A DNA stretch of 64,000 bases from an uncultured Actinomycetota bacterium (GCA_963728945.1 CAVSMA010000002.1:1776243-1840242); one strand, 5' to 3'. Shown: positions 39,522 to 52,143, numbered from the stretch's first letter. Notes: generated by a model not told the origin, from the letters alone. A program made the numbers and translations.

Positions 39522-41876
39522 CTAATCCTGTCCGGGGGTGGACTTGGCGATCTGCATGAGGAACTCGACGTTGGTCCGGCTCTGCTTCAACCGGTCCAGC
39601 AGCAGGTCGATCGCCTGCTCCGGGTCGAGCGCGTTGAGCACCCGCCGCAGCTTGTGCACGATCGCCAGCTCCTCCGGTGCCAGCAGGATCTCCTCCTTGC
39701 GGGTGCCGGACGCGATGACGTCCACCGCCGGGAAGACCCGCTTGTTCGCGATCTTGCGGGAGAGCACGAGCTCGGCGTTGCCGGTGCCCTTGAACTCCTC
39801 GAAGATCACCGTGTCCATGGTCGACCCGGTCTCGATCAGCGCGGTCGCCAGGATCGTCAGCGAGCCGCCGTTCTCGATGTTGCGGGCCGCACCGAGGAAC
39901 CGCTTCGGTGGGTAGAGCGCGGTCGAGTCGACGCCACCGGACAGGATCCGGCCGGACGCCGGCGCCGCCAGGTTGTACGCCCGGCCGAGCCTGGTGATGT
40001 TGTCCAGCAGCACGACCACGTCGTGGCCGAGCTCGACCAGCCGCTTCGCCCGCTCGATCGACAGCTCCGCGACCGTGGTGTGGTCCGTCGGCGGCCGGTC
40101 GAACGTGCTCGCGATCACCTCGCCCTTCACCGCGCGCTGCATGTCGGTGACCTCCTCCGGCCGCTCGTCCACGAGGACGACCATGAGGTGGCACTCCGGG
40201 TTGTTGGTGGTGATCGCGTTGGCGATGGCCTGCAGGATCATCGTCTTGCCGGCCTTCGGCGGGCTGACGATCAGCGCCCGCTGGCCCTTGCCGATCGGCA
40301 CGATCAGGTCGATCACCCGCGCGGTGAGCAGGTGCGGCTCGGTCTCCAGCCGGAGCCGGTCCTGCGGGTAGAGCGGGGTCAGCTTCATGAACTCGGGGCG
40401 GGTCTTCGCCTGCTCCGGGTCCAGCCCGTTGACCGTGTCCAGCCGGACCAGCGCGTTGTACTTGTCCCGCCGCTCGCCCTCGCGCGGCTGCCGCACCGCG
40501 CCGGTGATCGCGTCACCGCGGCGCAGGCCGTGCCGGCGCACCTGGGCCAGCGAGACGTACACGTCGTTGGGGCCGGTCAGGTAGCCGGAGGTCCGCACGA
40601 ACGCGTAGTTGTCCAGGATGTCGAGGATGCCGGCCACCGGCAGCAGCACGTCGTCCTCGGAGATGACCGGCTCGCCCTGGTCGGCGAAGCGGTCGCCGCC
40701 GGAGCGGTTGCGCCGGTTGCGGTCGCGGAACCGGCCGCGCCGCCGGCTGCCGCGGCCCTCGAACTCGTCGTCGTCGTCCCGGTTGCCGCGGTTGTCGCGG
40801 TCACCCCGGTCGTTGCGGTCACCCCGCTCGTTGCGGTTGTCGCCGCCGCTGGCCGCCCGCTGGTCGGAACGGTCGCCCCGGTCGTTGCGGTCACCCCGCT
40901 CACCCCGGTCACGGTCGCCACGGTCGCCGCGGTCGGCACGGTCGCCCCGGTCGTTGCGGTCGTTGCGGTCGTTGCGGTCGTTGCGGTCCCGGTCGCGGCG
41001 GGGGCCGCGGTCGCCGTCCGCGCGGTCGATGTCCGAGCGGTCCCCGGCCGGGCGGTCCCTCGTCGGGCGGTCGCCGGCCGAGCGGTCCCCGGCCGAGCGG
41101 TCGCCGGCCGAGCGGTCGCCCGCCGGGCGGTCGCCGGCCGAACGGTCGCCCGCCGGGCGGTCGCCGTCGGCGCTCCGGTCCCGGCCGCCGCGCTCGTCGG
41201 TGCGGTCCTGGTCGGGACGGTCCTGGTCGCCGCGCTCGTCGGTGCGGTCGCGACCCTGCCCGTCGCGAGGGCCCCGCTCGCGCTCCCGCCGGCTCGGCCG
41301 GTCGGTCGCCGCCGCGGTGTCGGACGGCGCGCCGTCGGTCCGCGCCGAGCGCGGCTCCCGGGTGGGCGCCGTCACCGACGCGGTCGCGCTGATCGCGGTC
41401 AGCGCCGCGCTCGGCCCGCCGTCGGTCCGGCCGGAGTCGGCCTGCGTGTCGGCGGTGACGGAGCTTCCGGCCGGCGCCTCGGCGCTCGCCGGGCTGCCCG
41501 CGGGCCGGCTCGCACCGCGGCGCTGCCGGGTGCGGGTCGGGGGCGCCGCGTCGGAGCCGGTCGGGCCGGCCGCCGGCGGGGCGGACGTGGTCGCTTCGGG
41601 CGTGCCGAGCGGGAGCTGGTCCTGCCCGGGCGTAGACCCCTGACCAGCGCCGTTGCCGCTCTGCTTGGCCTGGATGGCCGCTACCAGCTCACCCTTGCGC
41701 ATGCGGCCGGTGCCGGTGATCCCGAGCGAGGTGGCGAGGCTCTGCAGCTCGGGCAGCAGCATGCCGGACAGCCCGGCGGCACGCCGGCGCGGGCGGGTCT
41801 CGGCGGGAGCGGCGGTCTGGTCGGACTCGGGGGTCCGGCCGGCGCCCTCGGTCAGGTAGTCCGTGGTGTCACTCAC
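39522..41876 (-). CDS. rho: Transcription termination factor Rho with long actinobacterial N-terminal insertion
   Basis: MLLPELQ...MRKGEL, GILDILDNYAFVR, PPKAGKT and FEEFKGTGN; Asp/Arg/Gly-rich insert. Confidence 0.97.
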   Translation of the reverse strand: MSDTTDYLTEGAGRTPESDQTAAPAETRPRRRAAGLSGMLLPELQSLATSLGITGTGRMRKGELVAAIQAKQSGNGAGQGSTPGQDQLPLGTPEATTSAPPAAGPTGSDAAPPTRTRQRRGASRPAGSPASAEAPAGSSVTADTQADSGRTDGGPSAALTAISATASVTAPTREPRSARTDGAPSDTAAATDRPSRRERERGPRDGQGRDRTDERGDQDRPDQDRTDERGGRDRSADGDRPAGDRSAGDRPAGDRSAGDRSAGDRSAGDRPTRDRPAGDRSDIDRADGDRGPRRDRDRNDRNDRNDRNDRGDRADRGDRGDRDRGERGDRNDRGDRSDQRAASGGDNRNERGDRNDRGDRDNRGNRDDDDEFEGRGSRRRGRFRDRNRRNRSGGDRFADQGEPVISEDDVLLPVAGILDILDNYAFVRTSGYLTGPNDVYVSLAQVRRHGLRRGDAITGAVRQPREGERRDKYNALVRLDTVNGLDPEQAKTRPEFMKLTPLYPQDRLRLETEPHLLTARVIDLIVPIGKGQRALIVSPPKAGKTMILQAIANAITTNNPECHLMVVLVDERPEEVTDMQRAVKGEVIASTFDRPPTDHTTVAELSIERAKRLVELGHDVVVLLDNITRLGRAYNLAAPASGRILSGGVDSTALYPPKRFLGAARNIENGGSLTILATALIETGSTMDTVIFEEFKGTGNAELVLSRKIANKRVFPAVDVIASGTRKEEILLAPEELAIVHKLRRVLNALDPEQAIDLLLDRLKQSRTNVEFLMQIAKSTPGQD

Positions 41877-42181
41877 GGTGTGTGTCCCTTCGTCGGCCGG
41901 GATCAACCCACGGCCGGGGTCGAGCTACCGGCCGTTCCGGCCGGTGAACGGTCCGCCTCGCGGCGGACGGTGTGGCAGCCTCGCTGGAGCGCCGCGGAGC
42001 GACTTGCTAGCTCCGTGAGAGACGGGACAGCGAGGCCTCGTGCAGGGGTGCACCAGTGTTTCGGTGCGGCGAACCAGAGACCCCGCCGAGAGCGCACCCT
42101 CGGGCGGCTGGTGATGCGAAGCCTAACGGTGTGCCGCCAGAGGGGCAACAACAACCCCCACCAGCGTGTTCCCCGCCGCCA

Positions 42182-43117
42182 TCACCCGGCCAACCCGAGC
42201 AGCTCGGCGCCGCCGGCGTCGACGGCGAGCACCTCCACCGACCAGCCGCGCGGCGCGTACGAGCTGAGGTCGTCGGCCTGGCCGGCGAAGGCCAGCACCG
42301 ATGGGCCGGCGCCGGAGACCACCGCCGGCACGCCGTCGGCCCGCAGCGCGTCGATCAGCCCGGCGGTCTTGACCTGCGACGGCGCCCGGTACTGCTGGTG
42401 CAGCCGGTCCTCGGTGGCGGCCAGCAGCAGGCCAGGATCGGCGGCCAGCGCGTGCACGAGCAGCGCCGACCGGGCCGCGTTGCCGGCGGCGTCGGCGTGC
42501 GGCACGGTCTCCGGCAGCAGCTTGCGGGCCTTGGCCGTCGACGAGCTGGTCGTCGGCACGAACACCACCGGCCGCAACGCCGGGCTGACCGGCAGCCGCA
42601 CCGCGTGGGCCGGACCGTCGGCCGGCGTCCAGGCCAGGGTGAGCCCGCCGAGCAGGCAGGCCGCGACGTTGTCCGGGTGCCCCTCCAGCTCCGCCGCGAG
42701 CGCCAGCAGCGCGTCGTCGTCGAGCGTGTCGGCGCCGCCGAGCACCAGAGCGCGGGCCGCGGTGAGCCCGGCCACGATGGCGGCCGCGGACGAGCCGAGG
42801 CCGCGGCTGTGCGGGATCCGGTTCGCGCAGACCACTTCCAGGCCGCGGGGCTGGCCGCCGAGCGCGTCGAAGCCGGCGTGCAGGGCCCGCACGACCAGGT
42901 GCCGGCGGGTACGCGGGACGGTGTCCGCCCCCTCCCCGGCCACGTCGACGAACAGGCCCTCGTCGGCCACCCGGACCACCACGTCGTCGTACAGGCTCAG
43001 GGCGAGGCCGAGGGCGTCGAAACCGGGGCCGAGGTTGGCGCTGGTCGCGGGCACGCGTACGCGCACCGGCGCGGCCCGGAACGCCACCCGGGACGCTCGC
43101 GCCACCCCTCTCGCCAC
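42182..43117 (-). CDS. thrB: Homoserine kinase
   Basis: PATSANLGPGFD, PHSRGLGSSAA, EGHPDN and SGAGP. Confidence 0.97.
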   Translation of the reverse strand: MARGVARASRVAFRAAPVRVRVPATSANLGPGFDALGLALSLYDDVVVRVADEGLFVDVAGEGADTVPRTRRHLVVRALHAGFDALGGQPRGLEVVCANRIPHSRGLGSSAAAIVAGLTAARALVLGGADTLDDDALLALAAELEGHPDNVAACLLGGLTLAWTPADGPAHAVRLPVSPALRPVVFVPTTSSSTAKARKLLPETVPHADAAGNAARSALLVHALAADPGLLLAATEDRLHQQYRAPSQVKTAGLIDALRADGVPAVVSGAGPSVLAFAGQADDLSSYAPRGWSVEVLAVDAGGAELLGLAG

Positions 43118-43190
43118 GCCAGCAATCTAGGGCATGTCGCCCAACCCGGCGGCGCGCCGACGGCATCCACCGCGGGTCGAGTGACACCTC

Positions 43191-44246
<1,056 letters not shown>

Positions 44247-44340
44247 CCGGAAAGCGTAGCCGCGGCAGGGGGCCGGCGGCGGGCCGTCGGTGGATGCGGA
44301 CACCGTCGCCGGCGCCGCCAGACCGTGCGGAGACGGGCAC

Positions 44341-45612
44341 CTAGGCTTGCTCGACCCGCATCACCGAGGTGACCTCCCGAACGGCGGGCAGCGAGCGGAG
44401 GTCGTCGACGGTGGCCGCGAGGGCGGCGTCCGGCGCGGTGTGGGTGACGAGCACCAGCGTGGCGTCGTCACCGCGGCCGGCCTGGCGGACGGTCGAGATG
44501 CTCACCTCGCGCGCCGCGAACGCCTGCGCGACCGACGCCAGCACGCCCGGCCGGTCGAGCACGTCGAGCGAGATGTGGTAGCGGGTCGCGCTCTCCCCCA
44601 CCGCCCGCACCCGCAGGTCGGCGTACGCCGACTCGCCCGCGCCGCGGCCGCCGGACAACCGGTTGCGGGCCACCGCCACCACGTCGCCGAGCACCGCGGA
44701 CGCGGTCGGCGCCCCGCCGGCGCCCCGGCCGTAGAACATCAGCTGCCCCGCGGCGTCGGCCTCGACGTACACGGCGTTGAACGCGTCGCCGACCCCGGCC
44801 AGCGGGTGGCTGCGCGGAATCATCGCCGGGTGCACGCGGACCCCGACCGAGCCGTCCGACAGGTCCCGGTCGCAGATCGCCAGCAGCTTGACCGTGCAGC
44901 CCATCGCCTTCGCCGAGGCAACGTCGGCCGAGGTCACCCCGGAGATGCCCTCCCGGTGCACGTCCGCCGCGCTGACCCTGGTGTGGAAGGCCAGCCCGGC
45001 CAGGATCGCCGCCTTGGCCGCGGCGTCGAACCCGTCGATGTCCGAGGTCGGGTCGGCCTCCGCGTAGCCGAGCGCGGTCGCCTCGGCCAGCGCCTCCGCG
45101 AACCCGGTGCCGGTCGCGTCCATCTGGGACAGCACGAAGTTCGTGGTGCCGTTGACGATCCCGAGCACCCGGGTGATCCGGTCGCCGGCCAGCGACTCGC
45201 GCAGCGGCCGCAGCAGCGGGATCGCGCCGGCCACCGACGCCTCGTAGTAGAGGTCGACGCCGGAGTCCCGGGCCGTCGCGTGCAGGGTCGCGCCGTCCTC
45301 GGCCAGCAGCGCCTTGTTCGCGGTGACCACCGACTTGCCGGTCTTCATCGCCGACAGCAGCAGCGTGCGGGCCGGCTCGATGCCGCCGATCACCTCGATC
45401 ACCACGTCCACGTCCGGCCGCTCGACCAGCGCCTCGGCGTCGGTGGTGAGCAACTCCGCCGACACGCCGGGATGCCGGGCCGGCCGGCGTACCGCGATCC
45501 CGACCAGCTCCAGCGGCGCGCCGATGCGGGCGGCGAGGTCGCCGGCCTGCTCCTCCAGCAGGCGGACCACCTCGGTCCCGACGGTGCCGCAGCCGAGCAG
45601 CGCGATCCTCAC
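44341..45612 (-). CDS. hom: Homoserine dehydrogenase (with C-terminal ACT domain)
   Basis: [37 protein letters not shown] and DRPGVLA. Confidence 0.97.
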   Translation of the reverse strand: MRIALLGCGTVGTEVVRLLEEQAGDLAARIGAPLELVGIAVRRPARHPGVSAELLTTDAEALVERPDVDVVIEVIGGIEPARTLLLSAMKTGKSVVTANKALLAEDGATLHATARDSGVDLYYEASVAGAIPLLRPLRESLAGDRITRVLGIVNGTTNFVLSQMDATGTGFAEALAEATALGYAEADPTSDIDGFDAAAKAAILAGLAFHTRVSAADVHREGISGVTSADVASAKAMGCTVKLLAICDRDLSDGSVGVRVHPAMIPRSHPLAGVGDAFNAVYVEADAAGQLMFYGRGAGGAPTASAVLGDVVAVARNRLSGGRGAGESAYADLRVRAVGESATRYHISLDVLDRPGVLASVAQAFAAREVSISTVRQAGRGDDATLVLVTHTAPDAALAATVDDLRSLPAVREVTSVMRVEQA

Positions 45613-45776
45613 CGGCGCCGCCGGAAGATCACGCCGAACACCAGCCAGACCACGACCACGCCGGCCACCAGCGTGGCCACGATCGAGCCGCCGCCCTCGC
45701 CGGTCGCCGCCAGCAGCAGGACCAGCACCGCGAGCACCACGATCAGCCAGGTGCTGGTCTTCGTCTTCCCGGCCAT
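45609..45776 (-). CDS. 55-aa two-TM membrane microprotein between lysA and hom
   Basis: TGATG overlap with lysA stop and GTGA overlap with hom start; two hydrophobic helices and RRRR tail. Confidence 0.65.
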   Translation of the reverse strand: MAGKTKTSTWLIVVLAVLVLLLAATGEGGGSIVATLVAGVVVVWLVFGVIFRRRR

Positions 45777-47158
45777 CAGGGCACGTCCAGCCGCAGCAGG
45801 TCCTCGACGGTCTCCCGCCGGACGACGACACGGGCCGCGCCGTCGCCGACCGCGACCACCGGCGGGCGCGGCTGGTGGTTGTAGTTGCTCGCCAGCGACC
45901 GGCAGTATGCCCCGGTCGCGGCCACCGCGAGCAGGTCGCCGGGGACCAGGTCGGCCGGCAGCCAGGTGTCCCGGACCACGATGTCGCCGCTCTCGCAGTG
46001 CTTGCCGACCACCCGGCACAGCACCGGCGGCACCTCGCTGACCCGGGAGGCGAGCACGCAGGTGTACTGCGCGTCGTACAGGGCGGTGCGGATGTTGTCG
46101 CTCATCCCGCCGTCCACCGAGACGTACCGGCGGTGCGGGGTGTCCTTGACCGTGCCCACCTCGTACAGGGTGATCGAGGCCGGCCCGGCGATGGCCCGTC
46201 CCGGCTCCACCGCGAGCCGCGGCTCGGCCAGCCCGGCCGCCGCGCACTCCCTGGCGACGATCGCCCGCATCGAGGCGGCCAGCGCCGGCACGTCCATCGG
46301 CGTGTCCGCGGCGGTGTACGCGATGCCGAAGCCACCGCCGAGGTCAAGGTACGGCGGGGTCGCGCCGAGCTCGTCCCGCAGCCGGGCCAGCAGCGCGACC
46401 GCCCGGTGCGCCGAGACCTCGAAGCCGGAGGTGTCGAAGATCTGCGAGCCGATGTGCGAGTGCACGCCGACCAGGTCCAGCGAGGAGTGGTTGAGCACGC
46501 GGCGGCACGCCTCGAACGCGTCCCCGCCGGCGACCGAGAAGCCGAACTTCTGGTCCTCGTGCGCGGTGGCGATGAACTCGTGGGTGTGCGCCTCGACGCC
46601 GACGGTGGCCCGGACGAGCACCGGCTGGCGCAGCCCACGCTCCTCGGCCAGCCAGGCCAGCCGGGCGATCTCGGCGAACGAGTCGACCACGATCCGGCCG
46701 ACCCCGGCGTCGAGCGCCTGCTCGATCTCGGCCACGGACTTGTTGTTGCCGTGGAAGGCGATCCGGTCCGGCGGCACCTCGGCCCGCAGGGCCGCGGCCA
46801 GCTCGCCCCCCGAGCAGACGTCGAGGCCGAGGCCCTCCTCGACGATCCAGCGCAGCGAGGTGAGGCTGCAGAACGCCTTCGCCGCGTAGTGCACGTCGGC
46901 GCCGGCGAACGCCTGCACGAAGTCGCGGCAGCGGGACCGGAAGTCGGCCTCGTCGAGCAGGTACGCCGGGGTGCCGAACTCGGTCGCCAGGTCACGGACA
47001 TCGACCCCGCCGAGCACCAGCGCGCCGGACTCGTCCCGGGTGGCGGTGGCCGGCCAGACCGCGGCGGCCAGTGTCCCGGGGTCGGCCGGCGGGACCAGCA
47101 GCGCCGACGGCGGCTCGGTGACGTCGGCGTGCAGGGCGCCGGCCTCGTGCGTCCTCAC
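45776..47158 (-). CDS. lysA: Diaminopimelate decarboxylase
   Basis: [24 protein letters not shown] and HCESGD. Confidence 0.97.
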   Translation of the reverse strand: MRTHEAGALHADVTEPPSALLVPPADPGTLAAAVWPATATRDESGALVLGGVDVRDLATEFGTPAYLLDEADFRSRCRDFVQAFAGADVHYAAKAFCSLTSLRWIVEEGLGLDVCSGGELAAALRAEVPPDRIAFHGNNKSVAEIEQALDAGVGRIVVDSFAEIARLAWLAEERGLRQPVLVRATVGVEAHTHEFIATAHEDQKFGFSVAGGDAFEACRRVLNHSSLDLVGVHSHIGSQIFDTSGFEVSAHRAVALLARLRDELGATPPYLDLGGGFGIAYTAADTPMDVPALAASMRAIVARECAAAGLAEPRLAVEPGRAIAGPASITLYEVGTVKDTPHRRYVSVDGGMSDNIRTALYDAQYTCVLASRVSEVPPVLCRVVGKHCESGDIVVRDTWLPADLVPGDLLAVAATGAYCRSLASNYNHQPRPPVVAVGDGAARVVVRRETVEDLLRLDVP

Positions 47159-47159
47159 G

Positions 47160-48815
47160 TCACATCCGGTCGGGCGCGGAGACGCCGATCAGGCCGAGGC
47201 CGTTCTCCAGCACGATCCGGGTCGCCTCGCACAGCGCCAGCCGGGCGTGCACCAGGTCCGGTCCGGGCGAGTCCTCGTGCTCGCTCGGCAGCACCCGGCA
47301 GGCGTCGTAGAACCGGTGGTAGGTGCCGGCCAGCTCCTCCAGGTAACGGGCGACCCGGTGCGGCGCCCGCAGCTCGGCCGCCGCCGCGACCACCCGCGGG
47401 AACTCGCCCAGCGCCCGCAGCAGGTCGCCCTCCCGCTCGTGCGAGAGCAGCCCGTAGTCGACCTCGGCCGGCGGCGGCACGCTGACCCCCAGCTCGCGGG
47501 CGTTGCGGCCGAGCGAGGCCAGCCGGGCATGCGCGTACTGGACGTAGAAGACCGGGTTGTCGTTGGTCCGCGCCGCCCACAGCTCGACGTCGATGTCGAT
47601 CGGCGAGTCCATCGACCAGCGGACCAGCGCGTACCGCAGCGCGTCGGTGCCGATCAGCGCGATCGCCTCGTCGAGCGTGACCAGGTTGCCGGCCCGCTTG
47701 CTCATCCGGCCGCCGTGCAGCGACACCAGCTGGCCGATGATGATCTCGACGGTCTCGTCCGGATCGTCCCCGAAGCACGACGCGATCGCCCGCATCCGAC
47801 CGACATAGCCGTGGTGGTCGGCGCCGAGCAGCACGATCGCCCGGTCCGCCCCGCGCCGCCGCTTGTCCAGGTAGTAGGCGCAGTCGGCGTCGAAGTAGGT
47901 CGGCCGGCCGTCGGACCGGACCAGCACCCGGTCCTTGTCGTCGCCGAACTCGCTCGTCCGCAGCCAGACCGCGCCGTCGGCCTCGAAGACGTGCCCCTGC
48001 TCGCGCAGCCGGATGACGGCCTCGGCGATCTCCCCACTCGTGTGCAAGGTGGCCTCGGAGAAGAAGACGTCGAACTCGGCGCCGAAATCGGCCAGCGACC
48101 GCTTGATCGACTCGAGCATCAGGGCGACGCCCTCGGTGCGGAAGACCTCCGTCCGCTTCTCCTCCGGCTGGTCCAGCACGCCGGGGTTGGCGGCGACCAC
48201 CGCGGAAGCGATCTCGCGGATGTAGTCGCCGTCGTAGCCGTTGTCCGGGGTCGGCTGCCCGGCCGCCGCCGCCACCAGCGACGCGGCGAACCGGTCGATC
48301 TGGGCTCCGGCGTCGTTGAAGTAGTACTCCCGGGTGACCTGGGCGCCGCTCGCGGTCAGCAGCCGGGCCAGCGAGTCGCCGGTCGCGGCCCACCGGGCAT
48401 GCGCCAGGTGCAGCGGCCCGGTCGGGTTGGCCGAGACGTACTCGAGGTTGAGGTGGCGGCCGGCGTTCACCTCGCTCCGCCCGTACGCCGGGCCGGCCTC
48501 GAGGACCGTGCGGACCAGCCCGGCCAGCGCGTCCTTGGCCAGCGTGACGTTGAGGAAGCCGGGGCCGGCGACGTCGACGGTGGCCACGCCCGGGTGCTCC
48601 CGCAGCCGGGCGGCGACCAGCTCGGCGACCTCCCGCGGCGGCCGGCCGGCCGGCTTGGCCAGCCGCAGCGCCACGTTGGTGGCGTAGTCGCCGTGCTCGC
48701 GTGACTTCGGGCGCTCGACGACCGCGCTGTCCGGGACGGATACAGCCAGGTCACCGGCGTCCACGGCGGCGCGGACGGCAGCCAGCACCGCGGCGGCGAG
48801 CTCCTCGGGGGTCAC
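47160..48815 (-). CDS. argS: Arginine--tRNA ligase
   Basis: [25 protein letters not shown] and YVQYAHAR. Confidence 0.98.
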   Translation of the reverse strand: MTPEELAAAVLAAVRAAVDAGDLAVSVPDSAVVERPKSREHGDYATNVALRLAKPAGRPPREVAELVAARLREHPGVATVDVAGPGFLNVTLAKDALAGLVRTVLEAGPAYGRSEVNAGRHLNLEYVSANPTGPLHLAHARWAATGDSLARLLTASGAQVTREYYFNDAGAQIDRFAASLVAAAAGQPTPDNGYDGDYIREIASAVVAANPGVLDQPEEKRTEVFRTEGVALMLESIKRSLADFGAEFDVFFSEATLHTSGEIAEAVIRLREQGHVFEADGAVWLRTSEFGDDKDRVLVRSDGRPTYFDADCAYYLDKRRRGADRAIVLLGADHHGYVGRMRAIASCFGDDPDETVEIIIGQLVSLHGGRMSKRAGNLVTLDEAIALIGTDALRYALVRWSMDSPIDIDVELWAARTNDNPVFYVQYAHARLASLGRNARELGVSVPPPAEVDYGLLSHEREGDLLRALGEFPRVVAAAAELRAPHRVARYLEELAGTYHRFYDACRVLPSEHEDSPGPDLVHARLALCEATRIVLENGLGLIGVSAPDRM

Positions 48816-48967
48816 CCGGACAATGCTACTGAGCCCGCCCGCGCGACCTCACAGTGCTTCAGGGCGTGCCCGGGCGCCGTCCGCACCGCGGACGATCCCG
48901 GGACACGCCCAAAGCCTGCGCCCGTACCATGTGGCCCGTCGTTGACCCTCAGAGCGAGAGCGCCCGG

Positions 48968-49705
48968 ATGCCGCCGAAGAAGAAGACCACGCCCGGCAAG
49001 AGCAGTCCGTCGCCGCGGGCGGCCAGCGGGGGTGGCCGGTCCGGGCGCAGGCCTCCGCCGCCGATCACCACCGGCCGGCCGAAGCCGTGGGGCCTGATCG
49101 CGCTCACCGTGGTCGTGGTGGTCTTCGCCGGCCTCGTCATCGGGTACGCGGTGGTCAAGATCAACAAGTCCAACCAGAACAGCCCGGAGGCCAAGGCCGA
49201 GGACGCGAAGGCGATCCCGGGCATCGTGCTGAAGGACTTCCCGAGCCGCAACCACGTGCAGGGCGTCGTCAACTACACCGACAGCCCGCCGTTCGGCGGC
49301 GACCACGACCCGACCTGGGCCGACTGCAACGGCACCGTGTATCCGTCCGAGCTCCGCAAGGAGAACGCGGTGCACATGCTGGAACACGGCGCGGTCTGGA
49401 TCACGTACAAGCCGGGGCTGGCCGCCGACCAGGTCGACGCGCTGAAGCAGAAGGTCTCGGGTGTCGGCTACATGGCGCTGAGCCCATACCCGGGGCTGAA
49501 GTCGAACGTCTCGCTGCAGTCCTGGGGCCACCAGCTGTTCGTCGACAACGCGACCGACTCCCGGGTCGACCGGTTCATCAACGACCTGCGGCTGAACTCC
49601 GCGGTGACCCCGGAGTTCGGCGCGACCTGCACCAACCCCGACTTCAAGGCCAACCCGTCGCCGCCGGACCCGTCCGGAGCGGCCGCGCCGTCGGCGAGCG
49701 GGTGA
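48968..49705 (+). CDS. DUF3105 domain membrane-anchored protein
   Basis: TM segment, then PPFGGDH, VHMLEHGAVWITY and PEFGATC. Confidence 0.85.
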   Translation: MPPKKKTTPGKSSPSPRAASGGGRSGRRPPPPITTGRPKPWGLIALTVVVVVFAGLVIGYAVVKINKSNQNSPEAKAEDAKAIPGIVLKDFPSRNHVQGVVNYTDSPPFGGDHDPTWADCNGTVYPSELRKENAVHMLEHGAVWITYKPGLAADQVDALKQKVSGVGYMALSPYPGLKSNVSLQSWGHQLFVDNATDSRVDRFINDLRLNSAVTPEFGATCTNPDFKANPSPPDPSGAAAPSASG

Positions 49706-49750
49706 CCTAGGTCCCGAGCCGGCCGGACCCGGAAGGGGGAGACTGAACGC

Positions 49751-50416
49751 GTGGCGACTCTGGAGCAGCACCCGGACACCGCTGAGGTCGACTACGACTC
49801 CCGCCGGCCACGGTGGCTCCTCGTCGCGCTCGGCGTGATCTGCGCCGTCGCGCTGCTCGGTGCCGGTGCGGCGCTGACCGTCGTCACCGGCATCGGGACC
49901 GACCGGCCGCCCGCCGTCGACTCGGTCGACGCCGGGTTCGCCCGGGACATGGCCACCCACCACGACCAGGCCGTGCAGATGGCCCAGGTGGTGCGGGACA
50001 ACAGCACGGACCCGGCGGTACGGCTGCTCGCGTTCGACATCGAGACCGGGCAACTCGCCCAGATCGGCCAGATGCGCGGCTGGCTCGAGTCATGGGGGCA
50101 GACCGGCCAGTCCGACCTCGCGCAGATGTCCTGGATGGATCACACGGTCGCGCCCGGCCAGCTGATGCCGGGAATGGCGACCCAGGCCGAGCTGGCCAAG
50201 CTGCGCGGCCTGCGCGGCAAGGCGATGGACGTCTACTTCCTGCAGCTGATGATCCGCCACCACGAGGGCGGCCTCCCGATGGCGCAGTACGGCGCCGACC
50301 ATGCCGCGGAGCCGTACGTCCGGACGATGGCCGCCGCGATCGCCACCGCGCAGCAGAACGAGGTCGTGACGATGGAGCAGATGCTGCGCGAACGGGGCGC
50401 GCGCCCGCTCAGCTGA
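49751..50416 (+). CDS. DUF305 domain protein
   Basis: DAGFARDMATHHDQAVQM, MPGMAT and FLQLMIRHHEGG. Confidence 0.9.
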   Translation: MATLEQHPDTAEVDYDSRRPRWLLVALGVICAVALLGAGAALTVVTGIGTDRPPAVDSVDAGFARDMATHHDQAVQMAQVVRDNSTDPAVRLLAFDIETGQLAQIGQMRGWLESWGQTGQSDLAQMSWMDHTVAPGQLMPGMATQAELAKLRGLRGKAMDVYFLQLMIRHHEGGLPMAQYGADHAAEPYVRTMAAAIATAQQNEVVTMEQMLRERGARPLS

Positions 50417-50798
50417 CCTGGTCCTGGTCCGCCAGCCGCCGGACCGCGTCGACGACGTCGTCCGGGTCGAACGGCTTGATCACGTAGTCGTCGGCGCCGG
50501 CCTCCGCGCCCTGCTCCAGGTCCGCCGGCCGGGTCCGCGCGCTGATCAACACGATCCGGGCCCGCCGCGTCAGCGGGTCGGACCGCAGCCGGCGGGCGGT
50601 GGTCATGCCGTCCAGCCCCGGCATCATCACGTCCAGCGTCACCACGTCCGGGTCGACCTCGCGCGCCTTCTCCAGCGCGTCCAGCCCGTCCACCGCCTCG
50701 TGCACCTCGAAGCCCTCCAGCTCGAGGTTGATCACGAGCAGCTGGCGGATGACGGCCTCGTCGTCGACGACCAGCACCCGAGGCGGTCGCTCCGGCAC
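50409..50798 (-). CDS. Single-domain response regulator (receiver only)
   Basis: VLVVDD, LDVMMP and KPFD. Confidence 0.88.
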   Translation of the reverse strand: MPERPPRVLVVDDEAVIRQLLVINLELEGFEVHEAVDGLDALEKAREVDPDVVTLDVMMPGLDGMTTARRLRSDPLTRRARIVLISARTRPADLEQGAEAGADDYVIKPFDPDDVVDAVRRLADQDQVS

Positions 50799-50865
50799 GC
50801 CGTCACCGTACCGGGCCGCGACGCGGTCCGTGGTCGTCTCCCTGGTAACCTTTCCGGGTCGCTGA

Positions 50866-50937
50866 GCCCCCGTAGCTCAGGGGATAGAGCACCGCCCTCC
50901 GGAGGCGGGTGCGCAGGTTCGAATCCTGCCGGGGGCA
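50866..50937 (+). tRNA. tRNA-Arg(CCG)
   Basis: Cloverleaf GCCCCCG/CGGGGGC acceptor stem, anticodon CCG at 50899-50901, GGTTCGAATCC T-arm; no encoded CCA. Confidence 0.97.
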
Positions 50938-51096
50938 CCGGCTGTGACCAGCACGTGTGACGTTGCGTAGCAGCCGCTCGGGCCCGAAATGCCTGTTCCA
51001 TGGAGCGAGTCGAGGGATGAACCCGTTCCACGACGGAGATCAACCTTGCGGGCGCTCCTCGCCAGCGGGCGTTGATGTCGGGACTACTCTGCTTCC

Positions 51097-51531
51097 GTGA
51101 CCGCTGAAGCCCACCAGGGTGAGCCGCGCTGGCCGGCGCGCACACCAGCTGGCGTGAGGGCCGCGCTGACCGGGGAGAGTCGCGCGGAGTTCGAGCGCGA
51201 CTACCGCGACGCCATGGACCGCGCGAGCTCCGACTTCGACCTCACCCCGGTGCAGGAACTGGTCGAGCGCTGGTGGCGAATCGCCGTCTCCTCCCAGGAC
51301 GGCGCGGCCCACGAGCGGATGCTCGCGGCCGTCGCTGCGCTCAGGGAGGGCCGTCCGGTCTCCAACACGCCCTGGCGCCAGGTACGCAGCGACCTCGGGC
51401 GTAGGCGCTCCACGAGCGTGCGCTCTGCTGTGGCGGGTGCCAGTGACGCGGACGACGACGTTGCCGCGCTTGGGTCGGTGTCGACGATACGGTGGTCTGT
51501 GTGCGCATCCGATGGCCTGACCTGCCGGTAG
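51097..51531 (+). CDS. DUF6247-like small protein (3' part possibly read-through)
   Basis: TPAGVRAAL...EFERDYRDAM...DLTPVQELVERWWRIA pattern. Confidence 0.6.
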   Translation: MTAEAHQGEPRWPARTPAGVRAALTGESRAEFERDYRDAMDRASSDFDLTPVQELVERWWRIAVSSQDGAAHERMLAAVAALREGRPVSNTPWRQVRSDLGRRRSTSVRSAVAGASDADDDVAALGSVSTIRWSVCASDGLTCR

Positions 51532-51648
51532 GGGCCTTGGCAGGCCCCTACGCGACGTCCCAGTGGTAGTTGGTGTCCCACCGCCAGGAGGCCCATACCG
51601 CGGCACCAAGGAGGATGGCTCCGAACAGGACGGGACCTGCTCTTGGGC

Positions 51649-52143
51649 TCACGCTTGCTGTTGGGCGGGAACGGTTTCACGGTCAGGGATGGTGGCCATG
51701 GTCGCCGACGGTGCGGTGCGGGGCCAGGTCCAGGCGTACCGCACGATGAGGGCGATAAGGATCAATTCCAGTACGACGCCAAGGCCGTAGAAGTACAGCC
51801 AGAACCCGCCCGCCACGTTGAATGCCGTGACGGGGACGTAGAGCGCGGCCACGATGAGGTTCGTGATGCGGTTCACCCTGGCCGGCAGCGTCATCGACAG
51901 CACGACCATGAAGATCGGGACGGCCACGAGGGTCAGCGCCGTGGTCGAAAAAGTCTGAGAGAGGTCGAACTCGAAGACCCGGCCGTCGAGGATGTCTTCG
52001 ATGATGCCGGGCGTGAAGAAGCCGAGAATGTCCACGTAGGCGTACAGGAACATGAAGCTTGTCCACGCTGCGGCGAGCTTGGCTCTCACCGGGATCCGCT
52101 GGTCTTCCAGTGGGGCGGTGGTGGGTTGACGTGTTCTCATCAT
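51649..52143 (-). CDS. DUF6326-like membrane protein
   Basis: KLAAAWTSFMFLYAYVDI, PARVNRITN and YAWTWP. Confidence 0.75.
   Translation of the reverse strand: MMRTRQPTTAPLEDQRIPVRAKLAAAWTSFMFLYAYVDILGFFTPGIIEDILDGRVFEFDLSQTFSTTALTLVAVPIFMVVLSMTLPARVNRITNLIVAALYVPVTAFNVAGGFWLYFYGLGVVLELILIALIVRYAWTWPRTAPSATMATIPDRETVPAQQQA

Noticed and set aside
40750-41300. GDR/NDR repeats in rho as a novel feature
   Set aside because: Long polar N-terminal insertions are typical of actinobacterial Rho.
32299-43130. Very long plus-strand ORFs (1188 aa and 1397 aa) and many similar ones
   Set aside because: Antisense shadows of real minus-strand genes in GC-rich DNA; no recognisable motifs.
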